A stretch of 63,940 bases of DNA, the filler included, from an uncultured bacterium (GTDB taxonomy: Bacteria; CAYJRR01), in assembly GCA_964372275.1 (NCBI GenBank). It is 6 parts of 6 records of this genome, joined end to end, with 100 filler letters (N's around TTAATTAATTAA, not from the genome) between each part and the next. Parts side by side here need not be neighbours in the genome. Positions count along the whole stretch, not along the records: positions 36,259 to 47,658 come from CAYJRR010000138.1; positions 47,759 to 59,103 come from CAYJRR010000139.1; 4 more parts are not named here. One strand, written 5' to 3'. Positions 39,238 through 47,924 of the stretch are shown in pieces; position 1 is the first letter of the stretch; each line of letters starts with the position of its first letter. A model generated the notes under the pieces. The model was not told the DNA's origin. It worked only from the letters and a program-made list of their open reading frames with translations, and ran no database searches. Position numbers and translations under genes: made by a program.

Positions 39238-40029
39238 TCAGCCTCCGTCGGCCGCGGCGGGCTCCCGGCCCTCGACGGTCCAGGTGGCGATCGGAACGGG
39301 CTTTCCCTTGATCGGTGTCGGAGGGAGCTCCCGGAGCCGGAAGGTCCGGTCGAGCGCCTCGCGAACCTCCCCGCTCATCAGGATGTCGACGCCGTGGAGC
39401 CGCGTCAGACCCTCGATGCGCGCCGCCACGTTCACGGCATCGCCGATCACGGTGAACTCGCGGAGCGCATCACTGCCGAGGATCCCCGCGACGACCGTTC
39501 CCCGGTGGATCCCCACGCCGAAGGAGAGCTCCGGAAGCGACCTCGCCCGAAGGGTCTCGTTGTAGCGGCCGAGCGCCTCGCGCATCGCCAACGCCGCAAG
39601 GGTCGCGTCACGCGCCTGCCACGGATTGCGGACGACCGCTCCGAACAGCGCCATCAGTCCGTCCCCCATGAACTTGGAGACGTGCCCGTGGTGGGCGGTG
39701 ATGGCGGCGCTCATCTCCCGGAAGTAGCCGTTGAGGATCTCGACCACCACCGCCGGATCGAGCCGGTCGCTCATGGCGGTGAAGCCGGTGAGGTCGGCGA
39801 ACAGGATCGTCACCTCCCGCTTCTCGGCCTTCTCCTCGAGCCCGCGGCTGCTGATGTCGTCGACGACCTCCTGCGGGGCGAACCGGGAGAAGGCGCGCGC
39901 CAACCGTTCGAGATCGTCGGAGCTCTTCCGGAGCGCCCGCCGCGTCACGTCGGCGGCGCGCCTCGCCCGCGCCGCCACGCCGCACGCGGCGGCGATGGCC
40001 GCCACCGCCAGGGCGGCCGCGATCGTCAC
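39238..40029 (-). CDS. Class III adenylate cyclase with N-terminal hydrophobic anchor
   Basis: ILFADLTGFT, KFMGDGLMA, GIHRG, FTVIGDAVNVAARIE. Confidence 0.92.
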   Translation of the reverse strand: MTIAAALAVAAIAAACGVAARARRAADVTRRALRKSSDDLERLARAFSRFAPQEVVDDISSRGLEEKAEKREVTILFADLTGFTAMSDRLDPAVVVEILNGYFREMSAAITAHHGHVSKFMGDGLMALFGAVVRNPWQARDATLAALAMREALGRYNETLRARSLPELSFGVGIHRGTVVAGILGSDALREFTVIGDAVNVAARIEGLTRLHGVDILMSGEVREALDRTFRLRELPPTPIKGKPVPIATWTVEGREPAAADGG

Positions 40030-40084
40030 CGCCGCCGCATCCCTTCGGCTCGACCGCGGGCGTGCGGCACTCGCGAGCGACGGC

Positions 40085-41152
40085 TCATGCCTGCAACGTC
40101 GCCAGGCGAACGACGGAGTTCGCGAGCGCCGCCGTCCCGACCGCCTCGACCGCCGCGCCGGCGCCGATCGCGTCCGCCAGCGCCCGGGTGCTCCGCTGCA
40201 TCGGCGCCGGTTCCCGGTAGCGGACGGTGTCGCGCGTCCAGGCGAGAAGCTTCGTCTCGACCGGGTCGAGGCGATCGGAGGCCAGGTGCGTCAGGACCGT
40301 CTCCGCCTCCGCCCGTGCGAGCCCTTCGGCCTCGAGGAGCGCCTTGGCCTCGTCCTCCGTCTGCGCATTGCCGAGGGTCCGGGCGACCACGGCGAAGATC
40401 AGGGCCCGCGCGCGACGCGTGAGACCGGGGGCGGCGAACGCGTCGTCGAGCGAACGCCGCAGCGAGGTCGCGCATGGCGCGCTGCCCAGACCCTCCACCA
40501 CGCGGGCGAACGGCCCCACGTTCCGCGCGAGTGGCCCCGGATTCGGCGGCCGCTTGAGCAACATGGGACGCAGGATCGGCCGCATCAGCATGCCCATCCA
40601 CGTCGACGGGAATCCCTCGAACTGGAGGTCGGCCGGAACCGCGACGAAGGTCGAGATCCGGTTCATGAGACAGGTCACCGCGACGAGAAAGGCGATCTCC
40701 GCCGTCTCTTCCATGCCGTATCCGAGCGCGACGAGACCCTCCCGCTCGGCCCTGGAAGGCGGCGGTGTCGACCGGGCCAGGCGCCGCGCGAACTCCAGGA
40801 CCGCCTTTTCGCGCGCATCGAGCTCGGCGGACCGCAGGTCGTTTTCCACCGCGTCGATCCATGCCGGCGTCCGGCCGAGCAGCCGCAGCTGCGCCCTCGC
40901 ACCGCCGTAGCAGTAGCGGCAGGCGTTCTCGGCGGAGGTGACGAAGATCGTCAGCTTCGTGAAGCGGGGGGCGATCCGGAAGCAGGGCGGCTGGAACGAA
41001 TCGAGCGTGGCGTCGACGACCCAGGGACTGCTCGCCACGTACGACAGATAGCTCGGAACGCTGCCCAGGCGGCGCTTCGCCCGGCCCTCCAGCTCCGGAC
41101 TCTTCACCGCCGGCAGGAACGGAGGCTCCCACTCCATCGTCAGCACGTTCAT
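40085..41152 (-). CDS. AhpD/carboxymuconolactone decarboxylase-like protein with two repeats
   Basis: VTSAENACRYCY (CxxC), LDAREKAVLEFARRL, second degenerate repeat. Confidence 0.8.
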   Translation of the reverse strand: MNVLTMEWEPPFLPAVKSPELEGRAKRRLGSVPSYLSYVASSPWVVDATLDSFQPPCFRIAPRFTKLTIFVTSAENACRYCYGGARAQLRLLGRTPAWIDAVENDLRSAELDAREKAVLEFARRLARSTPPPSRAEREGLVALGYGMEETAEIAFLVAVTCLMNRISTFVAVPADLQFEGFPSTWMGMLMRPILRPMLLKRPPNPGPLARNVGPFARVVEGLGSAPCATSLRRSLDDAFAAPGLTRRARALIFAVVARTLGNAQTEDEAKALLEAEGLARAEAETVLTHLASDRLDPVETKLLAWTRDTVRYREPAPMQRSTRALADAIGAGAAVEAVGTAALANSVVRLATLQA

Positions 41153-41177
41153 CGGACCGCGATTATAGTCGGCGGCG

Positions 41178-41504
41178 ATGCCGACGCGCCTACGACCCGC
41201 GATCCTTCTCCTTCTCGCGTTCGCGCTGCCGCTCGCCGCCTGTCCGAAACGCACCACGACGATCGTCGGGACGGCTCGCAACGCCAAAGGGGGCGCGGTC
41301 GTCCTCGCCGACGACGGGGAGCCGGTGTACGTCGAGGGGCTCGACGCCTGGAGCGGCGAGGTGGACGGGAGGCGCGTGCGCGTCACCGGCCTGCTCCGCC
41401 GGAAAAAGCTCCTTCCCGAACCGGTGCTCCCGCCCGCGCCGGCCGTCGCCGGCGCCGAAGGGGAGCAGGTGGTGTTGGAAAAGGCGACCTGGGTCGTCGA
41501 GTAG
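41178..41504 (+). CDS. Small lipoprotein
   Basis: Lipobox LAAC after hydrophobic core. Confidence 0.75.
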   Translation: MPTRLRPAILLLLAFALPLAACPKRTTTIVGTARNAKGGAVVLADDGEPVYVEGLDAWSGEVDGRRVRVTGLLRRKKLLPEPVLPPAPAVAGAEGEQVVLEKATWVVE

Positions 41505-41512
41505 GCCGCGCG

Positions 41513-42094
41513 CTATCGCTCCGGGAAGTAGATGTGCTCGCGCATGGTGACGTCGGTCGCCAGCGACTGCATCAGGAAGTCGTCGATCCCCCGCGTGGCC
41601 AGGCTGGGTGGAACGATCTCGAGGCGGAAGACTCTCGCGCCGTTGGCGACGACCCGGGGAAACGCCTCGTTCGCGTTGAGAAACGTGCCGCCGGGGGCGA
41701 CGTACAGCCGCTGCCCCTGGAGAGAGGCGATCACCTTGAACGGCCGGCCGCCGGGCGCGGTCGGGGTGCTCCCTTCGACGGCGTAGGCGCCGGAGTAGTC
41801 GACCACGTGCAGCGGCGAAAGCCCCTGGACGTTGTAGACGAGCGTCTTCCCCGCTTCCCGGGCGGTGATCGGAACCTCCTCCAGGATCGTGCCGCCGGAC
41901 CGGACCACCACCTTCGAGCCCGCCTTCCAGGAGCCGCGGATCTGGGTGTAGGTGGTCCGGCCCGGAACGGGGGCCTTCAACGACCCGATCTCGATCGTAA
42001 GGTCGGTCCGCGCTTCGTTGTAGACGTTGAGCGTCGTCCCTCCGCACGCCGACAGCACCATCGCGACGCCGACTCCCAGCAACGTCCTTCTCAT
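41513..42094 (-). CDS. Hypothetical lipoprotein
   Basis: MRRTLLGVGVAMVLSAC lipobox; ATGA overlap with the upstream gene; AAAGGGG RBS. Confidence 0.8.
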   Translation of the reverse strand: MRRTLLGVGVAMVLSACGGTTLNVYNEARTDLTIEIGSLKAPVPGRTTYTQIRGSWKAGSKVVVRSGGTILEEVPITAREAGKTLVYNVQGLSPLHVVDYSGAYAVEGSTPTAPGGRPFKVIASLQGQRLYVAPGGTFLNANEAFPRVVANGARVFRLEIVPPSLATRGIDDFLMQSLATDVTMREHIYFPER

Positions 42095-42630
42095 CGCCGA
42101 TCCCCTTTCGCCGATCGTATCGGTTGCCCCCCGAGTCCGGCGCCCACTCCGACCCCGGCCAGGACGAGCAGTACACCGCCGATGACGACCGCCGGGTGAA
42201 TCCCCCGCGACGGCCGGGGCGGACGCGCGTGGGAGCGCGACGGATCCCGGGGATCGACGTGGACCCGGATCGTCGATCCGAACTTGGCCCGCTCCGCCTC
42301 CACCTCGGCGAGGTCGCTCGCGCCGAACACCGCCTCTTCGGCGTCGTGGCGCTCCCCGCCCGCAGAGTAGTGGTACGAGACCCGGAGCTCGAAGCCGGGC
42401 CGGTGCCGGCTGGCTCCGGGATTGATCACGAGGCCGTCGGTGACGCGCACCCAGTCGACGGTCGCCTCGACCGTCGGCCAGCGTCCGACCGCGCGCGCCC
42501 GGCGGTCGTATTCGCAGCCTCCCCAGACCAGGAATCCTCCGAGCCCCGCGCACAGAGCGACTCCAAGGAGGTAGCGGACCGGCTCGCGGTGCGGGTCGAT
42601 GATGGGGGATCCTGGTATCGTCGCCGCCAT
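42091..42630 (-). CDS. DUF3592-like membrane protein
   Basis: TM, WPTVEATV, VSYHYSAGG, IRVHVDPRDPSRS, C-terminal TM; start uncertain. Confidence 0.75.
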   Translation of the reverse strand: MAATIPGSPIIDPHREPVRYLLGVALCAGLGGFLVWGGCEYDRRARAVGRWPTVEATVDWVRVTDGLVINPGASRHRPGFELRVSYHYSAGGERHDAEEAVFGASDLAEVEAERAKFGSTIRVHVDPRDPSRSHARPPRPSRGIHPAVVIGGVLLVLAGVGVGAGLGGQPIRSAKGDRR

Positions 42631-43654
42631 GCGTGACCGCCTTCGTCCGTCGACCGTCGCGGTACTCGTTGTCTCGCTGCTCGCCCTGGGCTGCAACCCG
42701 GAAACGGGAAAGTCCGATGACGACGACGACGGCGCCTCGGCGTGCGACGACTCCGGAATCGTCACCTACGACCATCTCATGGCGTTCCACTCCTGCGCCT
42801 CCGACTGCGGCAATCCGGCGAACCACACGGTGCGCCTGGCGGGCTCCGACGACGGACTCGTCTGGACGACGATCGACGCCTTCGAGCCGTTCGCCGGGAG
42901 CGTCCCCGATCTCGGCCTCTTCGACGGGTTCCTCTACCTGTTTCACGCCGGCGGAACCGGCTCGAACGTGAAGAAGCTGAACGCCTGTTTCGAGGTGGTC
43001 GACGAGATCTCGGCGTCGCTGTCGAGCGCCACCGACACCGGCGGATGGGTCGATCCGGCGCTCTTCGCCGACGAAGGATCGCTCTTCCTGTTCTACCTGC
43101 CCGGGATCATCGGCCAGGACCCCGCCGGGTGTTCGAGCTACCCGTGTACCAAGGAGATCCACTCGGCGGAGAACGACGACGCCTCCTTGTCGGCATTCAC
43201 GCAGGTCACCGGGGCACGCGCGGCGGTGGAGATTTCGAGCGGCACCTTCAGCGATCCGGACGTCATCCAACGATCGAGCGACTACCTTCTCTACGTCTCG
43301 ATGGGACCGAGCGTCGCGGTATTCGTCTCGTCATCGCTCAACGGCACCTACGCCAGTCCCGACGACCCGGGCCTCCGGTCGGTGAGCGATGGGTCGGGGG
43401 GCGTCCCGTCGGCTTTCGTTTCCTCCGGCGGCGATGTCTGGCTCTACGTCACGAAGAACCAGGCGGGAACCGAGGTCATCCGTCGCGGCGTCACCGCCGA
43501 CGGAATCACCGTGATCGCCGACGGCGATTTCGACACTGTCGTCGACGGCACGGTGCTTGGAGATGCCTCGCTCAGCGTCTCCAGCCCGTCGGTGATCGCC
43601 TGGCCCGATGCCTCGTGGTCCCGGCAGACCGCTACGACCCGCCGCGGCCGGTGA
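42629..43654 (+). CDS. Acidic lipoprotein, five-bladed beta-propeller-like
   Basis: Lipobox ALGC; LAGSDDGLVWT, GSVPD, WVDPAL, FSDPDV, GGVPSA, SSPSVI blade-like repeats. Confidence 0.75.
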   Translation: MRDRLRPSTVAVLVVSLLALGCNPETGKSDDDDDGASACDDSGIVTYDHLMAFHSCASDCGNPANHTVRLAGSDDGLVWTTIDAFEPFAGSVPDLGLFDGFLYLFHAGGTGSNVKKLNACFEVVDEISASLSSATDTGGWVDPALFADEGSLFLFYLPGIIGQDPAGCSSYPCTKEIHSAENDDASLSAFTQVTGARAAVEISSGTFSDPDVIQRSSDYLLYVSMGPSVAVFVSSSLNGTYASPDDPGLRSVSDGSGGVPSAFVSSGGDVWLYVTKNQAGTEVIRRGVTADGITVIADGDFDTVVDGTVLGDASLSVSSPSVIAWPDASWSRQTATTRRGR

Positions 43655-44219
43655 GCGGCGCGCGGTGGAGGGGGACGTGCAGCGCCCCTTCGGGCCGGAG
43701 ATCGCTCTTGTAGAGAACGAGCTCACCGACGCGGGACACCGCAGGCGAGTCCCACTTCGCCAACGCCAGCTCGCCCACCGTCCGCGCCAACGCGCGCGAG
43801 CCGCCCCGACGGAGCCGGGCGAAGGTGACGTGCGGCCTCAAGGGACGCGTCTCGGCCGGGAATCCACGGGCCGCGAGCGTCCGGTCGATGTCGCGCGCGA
43901 TCCGCACGAGCGCCCCGTCGCCGCGCGCCACGCTCGCCACCAGCACGCGCGGTCTGCCGTGAGGCGGGAACAGGGCGAATCCGCCGACCTCGATCGCGAA
44001 CGCCGCGTGCCGCATTGCGACGGCGTCGAGGTCGACCTTCAGTGCGGAGGTCCACGCCTCGTCGACCTCGCCGAGGAACTTCAGCGTCACGTGGAACGGC
44101 GGACGCGTCCACGACGCGTCCAGGCTCGCCGGACCTCCGCGACGACGCGCCCATTCACGCACCTCCTCGAGCCGGCGCTCGGCCTCCGGTTCCAGGTCGC
44201 AGGCGATGAAGGCGCGCAT
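43632..44219 (-). CDS. thpR: RNA 2',3'-cyclic phosphodiesterase (2H phosphoesterase, LigT-like)
   Basis: MRAFIA; two HxT motifs (FHVTLKFLGEV, PHVTFAR); LYKSDL; TGATG overlap with the rtcB stop. Confidence 0.92.
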   Translation of the reverse strand: MRAFIACDLEPEAERRLEEVREWARRRGGPASLDASWTRPPFHVTLKFLGEVDEAWTSALKVDLDAVAMRHAAFAIEVGGFALFPPHGRPRVLVASVARGDGALVRIARDIDRTLAARGFPAETRPLRPHVTFARLRRGGSRALARTVGELALAKWDSPAVSRVGELVLYKSDLRPEGALHVPLHRAPLTGRGGS

Positions 44220-45658
44220 CACCCTTTGACGACGCCGACGGGCACCAGACGTGCCACCTTTCGCGCCAGCCCCGCCTCGTGGACGACGTCTACCACCCGG
44301 TCGACGTCCTTGTAGGCGAGCGGCGCCTCCTCGGCCAGCTCCGCCGCCGAGGGACACCGGACGACGATCCCGCGCGCCTCGAGCTCCTTCCGAATCGAGG
44401 CGCCGGAGACGCGCCGCTTGGCCGCGCCGCGGGAGAGCGCGCGGCCCGCTCCGTGGCAGGCGCTCGAGAGCGAAAGCTCCTCCGACGCGTCGGTCCCCAC
44501 CAGGACGTAGGACGCCGTCCCCATGCTCCCCGGGATGAAGACCGGCTGACCGATCGACCGGTAGGCCGCCGGAAGCTCCGGCGCCGACGGACCGAAGGCC
44601 CGCGTCGCCCCCTTCCGGTGCACGCAGAGCGTCTCGCCGCCGTGCCGCTCCACCTTGGCGGTGTTGTGGCCGACGTCGTAGACGAGCCGGAGCCGGTGTC
44701 CCGGCAGGTCTCCGAGCTCGCGGTCGAACACCTCCCGGACCCGGACTGCTATCGACTGCCGGTTGCAGAAGGCGAAGTTGGCCGCGGCCGACATCGCCGC
44801 GAAGTAGCGACGCCCCTCGTCGGAGGAGAACGGGACGCATGCGAGCTGCCGGTCGGGGAGCACGATCCCGTACGACGCCATCGCCCGGTCCATGGTGCGG
44901 ACGTAGTCGGTGCAGACCTGGTGGCCGAGTCCGCGCGAGCCGGTGTGGATCAGCACCGCGACCCGGCCGGGGCCGAGCCCCAGCACGCGCGCCGCCGTCC
45001 CGTCGAAGATCCGCTCGACCACCTGCACCTCGAGGAAGTGGTTCCCGCCGCCGAGCGTGCCGAGCTGGTCGTGTCCGCGCTCTTTCGCGCGCTCCGAGAC
45101 TTCAGCCGCGTCGGCGTCGGGGAGGCATCCCCCCGCCTCGATGAGCTCCAGGTCCTCCTCGCGCCCGATCCCGTGCTCGTGGACGAGATAGGGGACCCCT
45201 TCGTTCAACACGCGGTCGAGCTCGCCGCGGTCGAGCCTGCGCCGGGCGCCACGTCCATATCCCGAGGGGACGCTCCGGCTGATCCCGTGCACCAGCGACT
45301 CGACGCGCGGGCGGATCGCGTCGAGGACCAGATCCGACACCAGCAGCCGGACGCCGCAGTTGATGTCGAAGCCGATCCCTCCCGGGGAGACGACCCCGTC
45401 CGGCAGGCGCGTGGCGGCGACGCCGCCGACCGGAAAGCCGTACCCCTCGTGCATGTCCGGCATGCCGTACGCCGCGCGCACGATCCCCGGCAGGGTGGCG
45501 ACGTTCGCGAGCTGCTGCAGGCTCCGGTCGCGGCGCATCGCCTCGAGCAGCTCGTCGTCGGCGAAGAGGCGGATCGGAACGCGCATCCCGCGCGTCTCGT
45601 CGCGGGGGATCTCCGCGATACCGGGGGAGATCCGTCGGGGCGTGGCGAGGTCGGTCAT
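44219..45658 (-). CDS. rtcB: RNA ligase RtcB (long, archease-associated type)
   Basis: MPDMHEGYGFPVGGV, GFDINCGVR, GGGNHF, HTGSRG, HN, HRKGAT, PGSMG, CHGAGR, EEAP.AYKDV. Confidence 0.97.
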   Translation of the reverse strand: MTDLATPRRISPGIAEIPRDETRGMRVPIRLFADDELLEAMRRDRSLQQLANVATLPGIVRAAYGMPDMHEGYGFPVGGVAATRLPDGVVSPGGIGFDINCGVRLLVSDLVLDAIRPRVESLVHGISRSVPSGYGRGARRRLDRGELDRVLNEGVPYLVHEHGIGREEDLELIEAGGCLPDADAAEVSERAKERGHDQLGTLGGGNHFLEVQVVERIFDGTAARVLGLGPGRVAVLIHTGSRGLGHQVCTDYVRTMDRAMASYGIVLPDRQLACVPFSSDEGRRYFAAMSAAANFAFCNRQSIAVRVREVFDRELGDLPGHRLRLVYDVGHNTAKVERHGGETLCVHRKGATRAFGPSAPELPAAYRSIGQPVFIPGSMGTASYVLVGTDASEELSLSSACHGAGRALSRGAAKRRVSGASIRKELEARGIVVRCPSAAELAEEAPLAYKDVDRVVDVVHEAGLARKVARLVPVGVVKG

Positions 45659-45671
45659 TCGTTCGATCCGG

Positions 45672-46085
45672 TCAGACGTCGAGCACGACGTGCGCCGCCC
45701 AGCCGCCCGGGGTCTCTTGGATGCGAAGCCCGTGGAAGGTCGCCGCCTTCACGTGGAGTCGAGGCTCCTCGACCCGCCGGCCGGCGAACGTGGCCCGCAG
45801 GCTCCGGTCGTCGATCCACTCCACTCGGGCGTCCCCGAAGACGCTCCGGTCGCGCTCGGACCGGTAGATCAGCTCGTTCAGCCATTCGACCAGCAGCGCG
45901 TCCCGGTCCGGCGCTTCGAGCCGCACCTCGTCACGCCGTGGCGACGCGGGGGGCGGCTCGGCCGCGGCGCCGCCGATCAGCTCCGCGATCGCCCGCGCCG
46001 CCTCCTCGAACAGCTCGGCCAAGGTCTGCCCCTCGAGGCGCAGCTCCACCTCCCCGATGTGCTCTTCCAGCGAGTGCCGCGCCAC
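45672..46085 (-). CDS. Archease
   Basis: GTG at 46085; EEHIGEV, LAELFEEAA, LLVEWLNELIY, VKAATFHGL, C-terminal VLDV. Confidence 0.92.
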   Translation of the reverse strand: MARHSLEEHIGEVELRLEGQTLAELFEEAARAIAELIGGAAAEPPPASPRRDEVRLEAPDRDALLVEWLNELIYRSERDRSVFGDARVEWIDDRSLRATFAGRRVEEPRLHVKAATFHGLRIQETPGGWAAHVVLDV

Positions 46086-46091
46086 GCGCCC

Positions 46092-46120
46092 ACGATGCGA
46101 TGCCGACCCCACCCGGTCAA
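46092..46120 (-). promoter_or_regulatory. Putative sigma-70-type promoter for archease-rtcB-thpR (possibly leaderless)
   Basis: TTGACC-N17-CATCGT-N6-GTG start. Confidence 0.35.
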
Positions 46121-46170
46121 GCCGCCGCCCGATGCCGCGCGACGGACGGCTGGCGGTAGTATCGCGTCGC

Positions 46171-47289
46171 ATGACACGCAAGACGATCGTCTTCGGAGTG
46201 GTGGCGACGGTACTGGTCGCCGGCGGGGTTGCCGCCCGTGTTTTCATCTCGAGGGTTCACCGGAAAGCGGACGACGACCGAAAGCGGCTCATCGCCGGCG
46301 CCGAGCGCGCCCTGCCCGTCTACGTGGACCTGGGCCGAAAGGTCGACGCCGATCCGTTCTTCGCCGCGACCCGTCCCGACCTCGATGCCGGACCGTGGCT
46401 CAATCCGCGCGTCGCTTGGGATACGGAGCCCCGCCGAAGCGCGTCGCAAGAGCTCGCGCTTCCCGACGCGCTCGCCGACGCGGTGAAGAAATGGAGCGAC
46501 GACTGGGTGGACCATGCCGGCGAGGTGGATTTCTCGCGTCTCGATCTCTCCTGGATGGCCGGTCTCTCCCGGTTCGGCCGCTGGAACGTGATTCCGGGTG
46601 GACCGCTGGAAGAGATCGATCGACCGCGCTTCGAGTCCTTGCCGATCCCCAACTTCCTTCACCTGTTGACCTGGGCGAAGCTCCGCCTGCTCGCGGCGCG
46701 TGCGAGGGGTGATTCGGCCGCCGCTTCGGCGGAGGTCCGCCAGCTCGCGTACCTGTGCCACAGCACGGAGCTCCTGATCGGAGCGATGGTCGGGAACGCG
46801 ATCCTCCGGGCCGAGCGGCGGGCCTACGACGCGGCGGCGGAGGCGAGACAGGACCTGAAGGGTTGGCCGGCACCCCACGAGATCGCGTGGCTCGACGACG
46901 CGCGCGCGGTCCAGTGGGCGGGCGCCGGCTATGTCGCGGTCTTCGTCCCCGAGGACCTCTACGAGCGGGCACGAACGGTCAAGGTGGGCCGCTGCACGGG
47001 ACTCGGCGAGGCCGCGCTTCCGGTGCTGGTCCGGCGCCGCCTCGGCTTGGGCGTGCCGCCGTGGCTCGAGCGCGAGCTGGATCGGCCCGATCCTCCCTGC
47101 CGACTCGACGTCGCGCGCTGGTTCCTGGCGAAGGGCGTCTCCCCGCTCGAGACGGGCGCCGATTCCGCCCTCTCCCGGACGGAGCGCCTGGGCGTGCGCC
47201 TCTTCCCGGCGACGACGGTGCGCCTCCTCGAATCGATCGCCACGCCGGAGTGGTTCGCGAAGCTCGAGTCACGCGCCGCTTCGAACTGA
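46171..47289 (+). CDS. Hypothetical membrane-anchored protein
   Basis: N-terminal TM, then a helical globular region (DAGPWLNPRVAW...). Confidence 0.75.
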   Translation: MTRKTIVFGVVATVLVAGGVAARVFISRVHRKADDDRKRLIAGAERALPVYVDLGRKVDADPFFAATRPDLDAGPWLNPRVAWDTEPRRSASQELALPDALADAVKKWSDDWVDHAGEVDFSRLDLSWMAGLSRFGRWNVIPGGPLEEIDRPRFESLPIPNFLHLLTWAKLRLLAARARGDSAAASAEVRQLAYLCHSTELLIGAMVGNAILRAERRAYDAAAEARQDLKGWPAPHEIAWLDDARAVQWAGAGYVAVFVPEDLYERARTVKVGRCTGLGEAALPVLVRRRLGLGVPPWLERELDRPDPPCRLDVARWFLAKGVSPLETGADSALSRTERLGVRLFPATTVRLLESIATPEWFAKLESRAASN

Positions 47290-47322
47290 CACCCCGAGGG
47301 GGCGGCTTGCTATTGTCCGCGC

Positions 47323-47658
47323 ATGAACCGATCGATTCGGCTCTCCGCCGTCGCCACAGGCGAATGGTTCGTGGTCGGACTGGCCGCGTGTACCCTGGCT
47401 CTCGCCAAGCCGGCGGTCGAGGCGCAATCGTCCGCCTCGTCCTTCGCCGCCGGATCCGACACCGCGGGAGAGGCGTCCTTCACGCTGGTGAAGATCGACG
47501 CGGACGGAAACGTCGATCCGGTCTTCAACCAGCAGCGCCCGATCCACTGGGTCGAGCCGAAACAGGAAGGGCCCCGATCTCGCTGCGAGATCGGGACCCT
47601 TCGGGTGGAGGCGGCGAGAGTCGAACTCGCGTCCGAGAACGGAGGGGAAGGGGCTGCT
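47323..47658 (+). CDS. Hypothetical exported protein, truncated at contig end
   Basis: ATG 47323; hydrophobic N-terminal segment. Confidence 0.45.
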
Positions 47659-47758
47659 NNNNNNNNNNNNNNNNNNNNNNNNNNNNNNNNNNNNNNNNNN
47701 NNTTAATTAATTAANNNNNNNNNNNNNNNNNNNNNNNNNNNNNNNNNNNNNNNNNNNN
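47659..47758. other. Artificial contig linker
   Basis: N-run + TTAATTAATTAA (47703-47714) + N-run. Confidence 0.97.
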
Positions 47759-47893
47759 CCCCCCCCCCGCCGCNNNNNNNNNNNNNNNNNNNNNNNNNNN
47801 NNNNNNNNNNNNNCCGCCGGCCCCCCCCCCCCCCCGCCCGCCCCCGGCCCGCCCCAAGCCGCTGCTTCCCCTCGGTTTTCCATCCGCCGCCGC

Positions 47894-47909
47894 CGGCACG
47901 CGCGATGCA
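47894..47909 (+). promoter_or_regulatory. Putative sigma-54 promoter
   Basis: CGGCACGCGCGATGCA (GG-N10-GC), 15 nt upstream of ATG 47925. Confidence 0.5.
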
Positions 47910-47924
47910 CGGCCGGCGGCCCCG

